Source: Botryllus schlosseri | Taxonomy: Eukaryota | Assembly: GCA_051294905.1 (NCBI GenBank) | Contig: CM119371.1 | Location: 17,424,001 to 17,484,000, forward strand | DNA: 60,000 nucleotides | Direction of reading: 5' to 3' | Shown: positions 1 through 13,800 of the stretch, piece by piece | Layout of the letters: every line of letters begins with the position of its first letter | Position numbering within the stretch: position 1 is the stretch's first letter | Program-made: the position numbers and the translations under genes | Notes under the pieces: model-generated | What the model was told of the DNA's origin: nothing | Databases searched by the model: none | The model's input: the letters and a program-made list of their open reading frames with translations, nothing else

Positions 1-1464
1 TTACCAGTCGCACTGTGCAAGTCAACATTTTAAAGTTTACCGAAATGTTTTTCGCTAGTTATGTTCTCGGTACAGTTTTGTTTTGTCGCGGGATCAGTTG
101 AACCCCAATTTGACAATCGCCCAACACAGAATTTAAAATGTATAGCCATAACCACAAAGCAATGTGTCATCATTTTTGTCCACTGAAAATATATAATGCT
201 GTTAAAATTCGCACATTGGGCGGTTGGCATTATTATTAGTTGTAAGATTGACGGCGTTCGGTATCTCTGTTATTTGTGATGAGATGAACATATGTCAACT
301 CCATGCTGCACCACTCAAAAATGAACCGTTAAGTACATTACCAACGTTTAAATGATGTGAAGTATTTGCTTATGACACCACAAAAGGAATGCTACTTACA
401 AGCTACGTACAGTAGGACTACAGCTGATATGAAGATTGTACGATATTGCACACCCGGTCAACATGTCCCGAAGCATAAACTCGCCTGTTTATTGTGATAG
501 GTAGGCTATAGTCATTAGTATATTTTAATGCGGATCTGGTACACCCCAGAAGGCTTACACCCCATTGCAGTGGTACACTCTTTTAAAAATTTAAAAAATT
601 TTGGTACACCCCAGGTTGAAGAGCCCTAGTATAGAACTATAGATTACACTTGATAATCCTAAATTCAGACTCGACCGTCAAAACTATATCTGAAGCATTG
701 CTATTTGTTGACCTCGCAACAAACTCCCGACAACTTGCGTCAATGACAATGTTATTGTTAATCATGGCATATCTTATTCTCGAAATGTAAAGTGTCAAAG
801 CACGCAAAGCTACCAGTTACAAAGAGAAGCTTTCGCAGGTGAAACTTTCGGATTCGCAAAAATAGCCTGGTCGGTGGGTAATCGCAGAACTATTAATGAA
901 AAACTCAAATAATTTCGCCTAAACGGATTGGAATTACATCAAATTTATTCAAATCGTTTTTATTGACAACTCCGCAATTTCATGGGGTTGACAGTAAAAT
1001 TTGAAGAATTATTTTTAAATATTTTTTATAGTAAATTCAAACTTTTCAAACTCCTGTGCGTTCACATCTACCTTGGAATCGAGCTAAATTTGTTGTGCAG
1101 CATTTTTCGGCAACCTATAAGTTTAATCAGTGAAACCCCGGGATCAGGAAAAATAGTTATTTCAGCACAATCCTACTGCAGGGGCATTGTCGGAAATCAC
1201 TTGCATTGTGTGAAGAGAACGACAAGTAACATGGTGTAATAGTACTTTAACATAATTGTAAACTGCCTGCTTTAACAGTCACATGGATGAAGGGCTACAG
1301 GTACTGATTCTATAACCGGTAGAACCTTTCGGATATTGTAAATTTAGGATGATCTTATAGCATCAACTATCTTATAATTCTTGATCTATATTGGGATATA
1401 GGCTAATCCATTAAAACAATTCGTTAGCTCTGCAAAAGAATAGATACATTAGATTTGCATGGAT

Positions 1465-1741
1465 CAGGGGCGGGCGACATACGGCCCGCGAAGGGATTTT
1501 GTCCGACCCGCGGACAGTTTTCCGTCTTACATGATAATGTGGCCCACATTGTCATCGTCATTATTGGCGAGAAATGGCATTGAAGTTACATGGCTGTTGT
1601 TGAAATACATTCATTAAATACGATTTATTCCTTGTATATGAGGATAAATGGACGAATAATGTAACGATTCAGCGATCCGGCCCGCCAAGTACTTAATTTT
1701 CCTATATCCAGCCCGCCGACTGGAGAAGTTGCCTGGCCCTG
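1465..1741. mobile_element. hAT-type MITE
   Basis: Ends caggggcgggcgac..gttgcctggccctg, ggcccgc subterminal motifs, 8-bp TSD gcatggat/gcatagat; related partial copy from 45241. Confidence 0.75.
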
Positions 1742-2457
1742 GCATAGATCCATATAACAACATTACTCGATAAGTATGTCTCTATCAGTGAGGTCTACTT
1801 ATGATAAGAACTGGCATCGCAGCATAGGAGGTAACATTGGGTGTGCTTCGATCTTCAATATACTCTTACACCATTCATTATGCTATACTTCGGTCACCTG
1901 TGATTCGTGTGATAGGTAGCAACGATGCCTACACAGCTGCGTCTACGAAGAGCCAAACCACATCATACTCTCAATTTATTTCATCGTCACCATTTCCAAA
2001 TCAAGGTAGTCTGTAAATATTTGTCAAATGTTTTTTTTCTTCTATGGGATACAGTCCTAATATTGCTATAGCCATAACCAGTGGTATCGTGAAGCCTGAA
2101 AATAATCTAACAATTGATCACTTCAGGATGTGAGACGAAGTAGGGCACATATCAGCGACCACAGTTTCTTGCGATTTACAAAACGATTGCAAAAGCGCCG
2201 AGCTACAACCTGGATGTCTTTTTAATCAGGGATTCTGAAACGTGGAAGGCAAGAAGACGTTATCACGCTCCAGTAAAATATTATTGCGGGTTAATCGGAC
2301 TAAAGCTATATTTCCCATTATCTAGAATCGACCTCAAAGCAGAACAGATATATAGGACAGCTGAAGGATTCTTTTCGTTACGCCTGACTGCTTTGGTACC
2401 TCAACATCTAAAATGAAACACGGTGTTTTTAGAAAACCGTAACAAGTAACGTTTACT

Positions 2458-4860
2458 ATGAATACCTTTGTGTGGTATACTAGTGGAGTTATAGTATTCG
2501 CGAATTCAATTATGGCGTTACCGCACGCCGGTGATCAATTTCCCACCACCGAAGAAGTCATGCAGAGACTTTCCTACTTGGAACAGAAAAATTCCGACTT
2601 CGAATACCGCCTCAGTTTGAAGATACTACAACTCACAGGTATTCGTTTGCTTGCGCATAAGCCTTTACAATTTTAATGACAGTTTGTTTTTTTCCTAATT
2701 TTTCTTTTCCTTGAAGTTTCATGCTAATGCAATTATAATATTAATCACAATCAACAGTTTTATTATTCTATTTGCTCAAGACTCAAGAGACACCATGCAC
2801 AATACGATGCAAAAGACAAATGCGATGCAACGAACATATAGCAGTAGGGTTGCAGTTAAAACAAATCGTCCCTATAGGCCCTTACCACATTTACACAATA
2901 TGGCATTAATATTACATCTTTTGAAAAAAAAACAGTTTTCTCTCAAAAGTTGTTAATTGTGTAAATACTGTCCAAAACATGTGGTATACGTCCATGGAAG
3001 ATTTTTACACGATATCGTCGACGTATAGGCCTACGATATGTCATATGGTTGAAACCCTCAAAATCGCCGTCGGTTCAACAGTTACAGCACTCAGATATAT
3101 AGATCGTACGGAATGGGTGTTTTTATGATGATGACTGCCTACCTTAATAATGCTGCGTAACGATGTAGTCCTGGTTTCACTTAAATATATTTTTGGTCCG
3201 TTTATTACAACGGTCGTAAACCTATTTCGTCAAAGAATCCTTATTCACCCTACATCTCCAAATGTCATTATTAATGCACTGTGACGTCGCAATCACATAT
3301 TCGTGACGGCAGGGCTATAAATCAAAACATAAAAACAATAAATAACATGTTTTAAACAAGAACCATGCCTTAAACTGGCTTGTTTTAATTTCATTTCTGC
3401 TTTAAATACAACCATAGATAGGCGGATATCGAAACGAAGAAGTACGGTATCGGAATGTAGCATTCACCACGGCTTAATTCACAATTTAGAAGTGTACGAA
3501 TTTGATCTTGCGGCTGTCTTTCGTTTTTATAGATGATTTACCTGTCTACTTTCATTCGCTTCCGTTGTAGTTATCTCATCCTCCACTATAGGTGTTTTCT
3601 GTGCTGTTTTGTGATGACGCCATATAATCGCAACGTACGATGAGTAGAAGTCCAGATTAACGCTGTAACTTCGAAACGTGCTACTGCCGAGACTCTAATT
3701 GGGTTTCTCGGACCGATGGCGATGTATGTACTATTAACGCCAACTTCTGAACTAATATCACAAATGTTGTGTTAACGTGATGTTAATAGATAGAAATACT
3801 GATCGTTATATTAGCCGTCTTGGATCAGGATCATTTGTATCCAGATAAGTGTGCAGTTGAATGGAATGGTATCTGCTTCTTTGCCTTATTCTATCATCCC
3901 GGCAAAATCAATCAAGAGGCTGCAAGACTAGCATGCAAAAAACGAGGCGCGAAACTTGGCAACATTTATGAGGCGGATCAATACCAAGATATCATGGAAT
4001 ATCTTCGACCATATATCGCTGCCAGAAATAATGGAGGAAAATCGTTTGGCATCAGAACTGGAATGAGATACGAGCCGACGGTAATAATGTTTTTTTTATT
4101 AAACGTGAATGTTTACAAATCAATTTTTAGCAATGGAATAGAAGAAACATCTCTTTAATCGCGGGTATTCCAAGTAACACGGTTATCACGAAATTCTGTC
4201 CAGTAGGTAAACTAAGCTTGACAAGAACCACTGAATTCACGTGATATGTATAATTGAAAGAAAAAGGTTACCACGAATAAACATAATCCTAGTAAGGACT
4301 AGCATCAGGCAAATCTTGCGGCTATGCATTAAAACCAAATTGCCATTTACTCTGCCGCAGCCGGATCCAGGTCACGTAAGTATTGGAAATTATATATTCA
4401 TAAATGTCACCTTTTTGTCGGAAATTTGATGGTTCCCAATTTATCGTTACACGGTTCTTTTTTTGTTCTTTGTTCCAAATGTTTTCCTGTAATCACGCAT
4501 CGATGATAGAATTCATTGACGCTTAAAATCGAACATTATTTTTTTGATATGGCGCTTGAGTTTGGTGACACAAGTAGTGAATATAGTAATTGTAACGAAG
4601 TTTGCTTCGCAGCTCATTTTACAATCTGACATAAAAATACATGACGTGCCTTCGTTATTATTTTCTAGTCTCAAGTCGTTTACCTGCCAGATGACAGTGA
4701 GGCGCCATTCGTACATTGGAGATCGGGATATCCTATGCCAGCATCTGACCAAACTACTGTACTACTCAACGTATTTCCTGGAGGATCGGAATATAATGGG
4801 ATGTACAACTTGAAATCTTCGGCTGGAAGCTTTGCTATTTTATGCCAAATAAATATATAG
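2458..4860 (+). CDS. Secreted coiled-coil + atypical C-type lectin-like protein, copy 1; exons 2458-2638, 3845-4080, 4669-4860 (202 aa)
   Basis: GT-AG introns (phase 1, phase 0) give an open frame: MNTFVWYTSGVIVFANSIMA (signal-like)..RLSYLEQKNSDFEYRLSLKILQLT/DKCAVEWNGICFFALF..EAARLACKKRGAKLGNI..GIRTGMRYEPT/SQVVYLPDDSEAPFVHWRSGYP..NGMYNLKSSAGSFAILCQINI*. C-x7-C, A-x3-C-x3-G-x2-L and terminal ILCQ are CTLD hallmarks; exon 2 (236 nt) and exon 3 (192 nt) sizes are identical in the intact paralogs. Confidence 0.88.
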
Positions 4861-7209
4861 AACACGTGAATGCATCTACTTTTTTTGATACACAATGGTA
4901 TAATCACTGTAAAATTTTGTCAGTGATAATTGCGATTAAGTGAATAAAGCGATTAATTTAATTACCATTGGTGTACCGATAGACGAGTTTATAGTTCGTA
5001 TACAAAATGTGATCTCGAGATGAAGAAGATGAAGATTGAGAAGAACCAAGCTATAACCTAGTCCTATCCTGTACAAGGCATAGCCATGCCTGAAAGTTAT
5101 AATAGTATACAGCGCTTCCCAATTGGTGTACAAGTGTCAGAGATATGCCCTGCATCAACCAATATGCCCGTGAATTTATAATATAGCACTTCCTCTAAAC
5201 CACCGTTATTTATTCGCAGTGAACTGAAACGTTAAGGGACTTTGAGACTCCATCATATACCACTGCACGTTAGAAAACGATATCAAATGTTACTAAATCA
5301 TATAACACTGAACGGTAGAAAACCATATCAATGTTACTTAGTGCATGAAACACTGACATGTTAGTCAATTTGGATTCCTGCTCAAACATAATATGGCTTA
5401 TGACATTCCTCCGCGTTGGTCTCCGGTGGTTGGTACACGTGTGGAAGAAATGATTAATTTTAACATCAAGTCAAATAACCGGGACTTTCAAACACTTGTA
5501 TTTGAGAAATGTATCGTTCATGGCAGGAAAATGATTCAGCGGGCATGTAGGACCCGCTATGTTAACCAACCATTGATAGGATAGCGATACCAATATCACC
5601 CTTTTAGGATGGGTGCTGAAAATAGTAACACTATTTTAATGGAATGATGTACATTAGTCTATGTATGTGTGAATGGTTAAATACATATAGTAACTATGTA
5701 GTTTCAAAATCATCCATAAACACAATCTATGTATAATTCTTTTTATTGAAGTTTTCAAAGTGATAATGAAAATATAATGAAAATACTTGAATACTTTGGA
5801 ATGCGTTTACATGAGCATAAGAAATTAGCATAGTATCCTACTACGCGTTATTGCCACCATGGTATTAAGTTTCTAAACAGAACAATGCCTAGTCCGTGTG
5901 AAATTCCGTTCTACTGTAGTAAACAAAGAACTAATCTGCATATTTGAAAGAAATCTCACTAATGTTGTATTAATCCCACGCATATACAATACATAGAATA
6001 ATCATCGGTTGTTAGTCTTACCAAGAATGAAGTTGAGCGATAGTGCTTTCCATTTACTGGATGGTATTTCTGTCATATATATGCCACGTTAGCTGATCCT
6101 AGCACAATTAATCTAGTGCAGGGTTGGGCAAACTACGGCCCGCGGGCCGCATGAGGCCCGAAACTACATTTTGTGCGACCCGCGAAAGGTTCAAGAAATC
6201 GATATAATGGGTACTAAAAATAGAATTACTGCAAGGATTAGATTAAACTACTTCCCTATATATTTCACCGCGATAACTAAATGTTGTAGTCGAACAATGG
6301 TATATTTTTATTTTATTGTTGGCGCGTTAGCCCGACATTAAGGCCCACGCATTTTAAAAGGTAGCTTAACATATCAGAAAGTCAGATGGGACTGACTTTC
6401 CGATCACGAGTGTAATTTTACATTGGCCACTCCAGAAGTTTATTATTCTAGGTTTATTCAATTTAGGAATCAGGGTCTGAGTTGAGCCCAAGGTCCACTT
6501 TGAATTACCATCTGTGGCCCGTATGTCTTAAGCGCATATAACTATATTCTCGTAAATCTATGGTAATTCTTGGATTATCCACCGATCAAGGATAATCCCA
6601 GAATTATCAAAGAAAAACTGAAATAACTCCGCTTCTACAGCTTGGAATTGAGTCAAATTTGTTTGGCATAGTTGTTGAAGACAGCCCAACAATTTCTTGG
6701 GGTTGGAGAAAAAATTTGAAAAAAAAATATTTTTGCATTTTTTAGCAAATTCAAAATTTTCAAACTGCACGAAACCAGCGAATGAATTCAAATTTCGTGT
6801 GCGTCGTTTTTTAAGGCAACCTAACGATTTAATCACGTAGCCAACCAGATTCAGGAAAAATGTTATTTTTTAACAGCCATAATGTACATCGTTAAAACCC
6901 CAACGATAAACTATAAAACGACATTGACCATTCTGACTTATGCCTATCTATTTACTTATACCATGCATACCGACAAGGCCCTATCAAGGCTGGCGAAAGT
7001 AATCAATCACCTTTTTCTGCCATCAAGTGGCATTTAGGATCCTATTATAGACCATGCGTACGATAATAACTCGGTGATTGTGGCGAAGATGATGACTTTT
7101 TCTTATCAGCTACACAGAATCGTTAGCCATCTATTATATTTGATCCAAAAAACTGCGCAACCACCATGTCACACCACCGCTGAACTAAACCAACTTGCCA
7201 GTGGCGAGA

Positions 7210-7215
7210 TAGAGT

Positions 7216-7253
<38 letters not shown>

Positions 7254-8905
7254 TCTTTACTTTCATCCAACCAAAATACATAACACACGGCAGTGATGGT
7301 GGTACACAAAATATGCTTGCACACTGCACAGTATTCGGTATTAGATAGGAATGATCGATAATACCGTGAAGGTCATCTAGTCTGATCACACCAGCATCAA
7401 ACAGGTACACTTGACTCTAAACAGTCTGGCTGTAAAAAAAAGGTGACAGTAGTTAAAAAGATAAAATAGAAGAAAAATTAAACGATGGTAGCAAATGATC
7501 AATGAAGCAATGTCTGGGCGAGGTAGGGCAACAGGTAGGGCAACAGTGTTAGTGTAACGACAAGAGGTGATCAAGTAGGGCTTTTTCGAATGTATTATAA
7601 GGCAATTCACGGATATGTGGTGGTAATGATTCCAGATGATAGGTCCTGAGTAGTCGATAGATATCTTAGTTAGGTTGCTATTGGGTGGGGGTAAGTAGAT
7701 ATTTCCTTTAGACGAGGATCTCGTGTAGTGGGAGTGGACATTTTTGGCAGACATGAAAAAGTCATCAAACACAGGAGGCAAACTATTGCAAAAATATTTG
7801 TGAATGACTTTTGATACTTCGAAACGATATAGTTTGTCAACTTGCAAAATTCGGTGCTTTCGGTAGAAAGACGATAGTTTGGTACGTAAAGGTACAGATG
7901 AGATCAGCCGTATCGCACGGTTTTGCAGGGTTCGAATTCTGCACAAAAATGTTGTGCATGCACTTCCCCATACTACGATTCCATATTGCAGGTGAGAGTG
8001 GAAAAGAGAGAAATAGATGGTTCGTAGTATTGATTTGGAAACCAAAGATTGCAGACGGGTCATTATTCCCACACACCGAGCTAGTCTTGATATTGTGCAT
8101 TCAATCTGCTGCTTCCAAGACATTTTGTCATCAATGGTGACGCCGAGATATTTTGCTGAGTCACATATGCAGATTTGTTTATGATTGATGTTCACAGTGA
8201 AACTGTGATTGGCATTATTATTAAAATGAGCATCTCGGTCTTATCTGCATTCAAACTTAGTTTGTTTGCTTGCAGCCATCTCGGCACTTTTGGGAGTTCC
8301 CTATTCACAGATGCATGCAAATCATCGACAGTGTTAGAGGTTATGAAGAGGTGAGTATCATCAGCAAATAGGTTGTGCGGAATAAAGATGCATTAACAAT
8401 GTCGTTAATATAAATAAGGAAAAAAGTCGGTCCAAGGACTGAGCCTTGTGGCACTCCACAAGTTACATCTCTGGTAGTCGTTTTTAATGTCCCCAGTTTA
8501 ACAAATTGTTTGCGGTTTGCCTGGTAGCTTTCAAGTAGAGTTGCTGCAATGCCCCTGATTCCATAGTGTTCTAGCTTGTATCTTAAGATTCTGTGGTTAA
8601 CTGTGTCGAAAGCTTTGCGGAGGTCGATAAAAATGCTGCAGCCACTTTTTTTTGCTTGATGGTTTTGTAATAGTCCGTTACAATTGATAGTATTGCATGG
8701 TTGGTGTTGTTGTTTGATCTGAATCCATGCTGAGTCGGAGACAGTACTGCATTCAATTCTAAAATTTCTTGAGTCGGCAGTCAATCAGTTTTTCAAAAAC
8801 CGTGGCCAGATTTGGCAAAACAGATATTGGTCGGTAGTTAGGGATTAGCTTTTTACAGCCTTTCTTAAACACTGGCATTACTCCGGCAGTTTTCAGTGCA
8901 TCTGG
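7210..8905 (-). mobile_element. 5'-truncated, frameshifted non-LTR retrotransposon (CR1/L2/Crack group): RT C-terminal region, 3' UTR and (TC)n tail
   Basis: ORFs 8341-8784 (FIDLRKAFDTVNHRIL, GVPQGSVLGPTFFLIYIND) and 7386-8195 (KYLGVTIDDKMSWKQQI, YFSLFHSHLQYGIVVWG, LQNRAIR); microsatellite end at about 7211-7253. Confidence 0.9.
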
Positions 8906-8919
8906 TAGTGGTATAACAC

Positions 8920-9170
8920 TCAACGGCAACACCAATGTGTTCGGGTTCGGGTCCGACCGAAGCCGCCTACAGAATTCGTACCTATTGGTGTTGTAGGTTT
9001 CTCGAGGTTCCTGCTCGCCGTCTCATCCGCGTAAGCGGTGTCTTAAAAAGCCCAGTAGTGGGCCATGCTGGCTGCAAGTCGGCAGCTACGGAATCAAAAT
9101 TAAAGAAATTCGGCCTGGCGTAAATGGTCATTGCGGTCGACAAACATCATGAATACCGCCAAGAAAAAAG
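8920..9170 (+). mobile_element. SINE family A copy abutting the truncated LINE
   Basis: gcaacaccaatg..gggttcg, ccgcgtaagcggtgtctt, ggcctggcgtaaatggtcattgcggtcgacaaacatcatgaatacc. Confidence 0.7.
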
Positions 9171-10808
9171 CATTGACGGCTACTACTTTCCTTCTGTAAA
9201 ATAATCAACGACTTGCAGCGTTGTCATAATTGTCTGTTGTCCGATGTGAAATTTTTTGAAACGCCATTTGCACGAATTCTATCACTGATAGACGATATTA
9301 CAAATTGATTCATTGAATACATGCACTTAAAAATACCCCGGTATAAACTCCGCGAAAACAATGTTAGCTTCATCAACATTTTGGTACAAATTGGATAACC
9401 AGAGAAACAGAAATTACTGGTTAGTTATATGTTTGTGTCAGGTGGGTCTGCCGGTGTTATAGAATGTCCACGCAGCAGGAGGTAACATCTGGCGCGGTTA
9501 TAAACTTCAGTATGATCTTACGCCGTTCAATACACTCCTCTTCGATATATTTCCCGATACGGAGAAACGATGCTTACAGCAAATAATAACTGCGTAGCTA
9601 AGTAACAAACCAAATTGTAATATTCTCTCAAATTACTCGTTTTATTTCTAAACTGAAAGTGTTTGTTGTCAAATGATTGTTATCACGGTATTAAGTTTGA
9701 TTATATCAATGGGCAGTGGAAGCGTGAAGTCTGAAATCATCTCCGTATTGCAGACGAGGAGAGACACATATAACAGAGGCACAATTTTCTATGAGTTACT
9801 GGGTGATTGTAAATCTCACTCGAATGGTAATAGGTATATCCTTATATTCAGGGTTTTCGAAGACATAAAGGCGCGGATACCCTATGTATGTTGCATAAAA
9901 ATGTGATAGCTGCTAAATCGCATTGGTATACCTTTGTCTAATTTGTGGTGGATTATATTTCAGCGATTCCCATACTTTGTGCCGCGGCTGCTTCTCGGAT
10001 CTTTATGCAATTTCGGAAAGTAACTTCATACATATTTGAAACAATGCATGCAGGCAACCATATGCTGATAGCTGACAAATATATACATGTGGCCATTACA
10101 ACGGAATCAATCATGGTAATGCCAATGAATGGGGGCATTCAGCGACGTCATAATTGGGTTACTATGTATCGAAGATAGTCTTTAATCCGATTCACGCTCC
10201 TGGTAAATCAAGTCATAAACAACAAATACTCGGCCAATCCTGAGCACACAGTATGGACTTCAACTTGCATCGCAATATTACTTCTCATGATCTGTTGTTC
10301 ACAATTTTAGATGGGAAGCTTAGAAGCAATGAATCAAGGAATCTTCCTGCAGAACAACAGCTCATTAATATACGACACGTCCCGTTCGTTAAAACACTGT
10401 TTCCATGAAAATAGAGAAGTTGTAAATGTGTCATTTCAGATCCTGTATCATGATAGGCACTAGAGCAATCAGAGTTGATCAGAATTATGTTGCCATTTGC
10501 GTATATGCATCCATGCATTCATGACTGTGTGAACATAGCTTCTGTGTTTTGACTTAAATTAAAAGCTGTGCACGGAAAGACATCTTGGAAATACAGACGG
10601 AATGCGGGTTTCAGTTGCAATAATATTTGGTAAAATAAGCCACAAGCCAAAAAGGTTTGTGAACCTCAGTTCTAATATAACCATCTCCATCAGTGAAGGG
10701 ATGCAGATCATATCAAAGTATATCTTGCTGCACTTGACACTGGCAATACCTCAACATATAACATGAAACTCATTGAAATTTAGGAAATCTTGACAAATTC
10801 CGTATATT

Positions 10809-13800
10809 ATGAATGCGTTAATGAGGACTACTGCTGGTATGTTATTATTTGCGAATGCGATTGCCGCATTACCGTACGCAATATCGTATGATGAAGGATA
10901 TGATCGATCTTCGATCATTGAAGAAGTCGAACATAGACTTTCCGATTTGGAATACCGCCTCAGCTTGAAAATACTGCAAAACACCGGTAAGCATTTAAAC
11001 TAGCGCTTCACTCGATTTCCAATCGACAATCGAAAAGTTAGTGTGGGCGGATGGAAGTTTTGAGTGGTTGAGAACTTTTCTTTACCAATCAAGTGATGCC
11101 ACGAATCTATTTTGATATGTTGTAGCACATGACGTTACCGTGTGCAAGTCGAACATTGCTAGGAGTGAGCAAAGGCGCTTTTTACTCCCTGGTTACGCAT
11201 ATGAGTCCACCTACCCATAATTCTTATCGCAATATTCAACACCCATATGCCTTACATTCTGTCTATTCCATTTTCCAGTGAAACACGGGAGGTTTTAATA
11301 TTGGTTAACTATACGTATTTGACTGGTCTGTTTCTGATATGAAAACGTCTTCGTATAGTAGTTATAGTTACCACAGTGGGGTTTAAGAAATATCACTTTT
11401 ATTATAGGCTATTCAGAGGTCTCAAACATGCGGCCCGCCATAGCATTTTGTGCGGCCCGCGACGACATTTTAGATTTTCACAAATTTGACAAGATATAAG
11501 TTTCACATATCTTTTCAGGTTATAAGTGTAAATTCCCTCTAAAATTGCTCCGAAAGCCTGAAACTATTCATCAAACTTCACTATCACGCCAATTGCAAAC
11601 GCTACCATGCATTGGAAGATTCACTATTTCGCCACATTTCCAATTCATGATGATAAAACCTGACCCTTAGACGATTCGTGACTGAAATTTGTGAGTTGGA
11701 TTTGGACGTGACCTTTCTTAAAATTACTCGAACTCAGACTGACTCGATGGAAAAATGAAAATGACTCGAGTGGACTCGGAGTGACTTTGTTAGAACCATG
11801 GATGCAACAAACTAATCGCGTGCCATGGGAATAAATAGATCAGACAGTCGCAGTTTGGTATTTCGCTAACTAAGCAAGTAGTTATGGCAACCAGTGGCAA
11901 TCTATTAGTTACATCTTGGGTCGCGTAGTCGCTGAACCATGTTATTAAGGCCACTTCAAGGTATCGAGTACAGTAGTGGTACGCTCCAACGATGGGCCGT
12001 TTGGTGTTCCGACATTTCTATTACTAGTACGCATTCATTAATATATTCATGTTTTATTTCAAGAATTCCATTCAAATATAGTTATAAATGTGATGATTTT
12101 TTTCCTGCCAGGCCTAAATTGATACAAGAGTACATCACATTTTGACGATGTGTGTTTCTTGTCGGCCTGTGGGATTGGCTCACTTTCAATAGGACAATTC
12201 GATCCCGTCAAATAAGGCCTATTTGGAAAGACATATAATACCCCTATATATGCTGCGGCCCGCGACGTCGTCAAAACTGCAAAACTGGCCCGCGAGGACA
12301 TTTGAGTTTGAGACCTCTGGGCTATATCAAGTATCGAAAACCAAGCGGACTGGAACACATAAATAATACTTTCATGTAGATCAAGTATACATGACTTTAA
12401 CAGCGTATGGGCCAGCACCCAGTTGAGGATCATAGGTCACAGAGCTTTACAGTGATATCAGAAATTATGTTGTTATGAAGACAGGGAAAGTAACAAGCAC
12501 GCCCGGCCTATATTGCTGCTCTATTGACACTTGGTGTCTTGATGGCGTCGCCATTGTGACACTCACCATTTTGGCATTTGCTGCTACACCTACTATTCTT
12601 CCAGGATCCCTGCGCAAAAATATGAAAATCAGATGCAAATCCCACGAATCGTAGCGTAACATGACAGGCGACGTTCATGATTGTTTTCGACTCAGATAAG
12701 TGTGCACTGGAATGGAATGGTGTCTGCTTCTTTGCCATATTCTATCAACCCGGCAAGATAAATCAAGAGGCCGCAAGATTGGCGTGCGAAAAGAGAGGCG
12801 CTACACTTGGCAACATTATCGCAAAGGAGCAATACGACATTATTATGGATTATCTGAGACCGTATATCGCCACCAGAAATGACGGAGGAAATGCAATTGG
12901 AGTCAGGACCGGTATGAGATACGAGCCCAAGGTAAATATTATTTTATGGGACTATATTTGTAAATCGCTACTAAAACACAAACGCAGAATAAGCTTCAAA
13001 TCTATATATCGTATCGCAGAGCCGACCATCCTACGTGGAAGGATGTGGAAGGTAAAACATTTTGAAATAAGATTCGCAGCGGTCGAAGACGATGTCCGCA
13101 ATTCATGCATGCCGATCGAGTGAATATTGTTAGGGGCAAAGTGTGGAACGGTGTTTGACCACCCTATCAGAGCGTTTACGATCAGGATTTTGCAGTTTTA
13201 AAACGACTCATGTCGCAGATTTCTCGTGACTGTATTCCGTTCGATGTAGATGATTCGTCAACAACACATATCAATCTTAACTCCCATAAAATCCTAAACG
13301 TTATCGACTATAAGAGCTTAAATGTATTTTCTGCGATCAGTTACTATGTCGGTCACTTTAATACAAAATTATGGGACAAAGTAGCCTATGCAATATATGT
13401 TCAGCCAAATGTACTGAGAGTGCAATTGTAGGCTACTTTAAATCCATGTTTATGCCTAAACTATATAGTATTATTTACTTTGTGTATGGCAGTCTTCATA
13501 ACTCGCAAACGCTTTCGAAAAGGCGTATAAAACATTTTATCCCATATGAAATCGGAAAATCCGGTGGGGGTCGCTCAACCAAGGTCCGCTATAGGTCGTC
13601 TTTCTGATCAGCGCATTGGTTTCTGATGCAGAAAAATACATGTGATATTGTATTTCTAAATGCTGGAAGGAATTTCAGTTTCCAACTGTTATTCGGGTTC
13701 AAAATGACGTCTTCTGGCTCGCTCGATTCCACAATTCTTCGTTATAAAATTGCTTTGACGATACCCACGTCGTTCTCTTAAAAGAGGAAAGGCAGATAGA

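Noticed and set aside
3845..8905. Diversity-generating retroelement (C-type lectin fold next to a reverse transcriptase)
   Set aside because: The RT is a broken CR1/L2-group LINE, the lectins are intron-containing paralogs, and I saw no TR/VR pair with adenine-specific differences.
12677..13123. Single-exon lectin ORFs (also 3820-4158, 38056-38325, 49627-50049)
   Set aside because: These are exon 2 read-throughs; similarity stops at the conserved splice sites.
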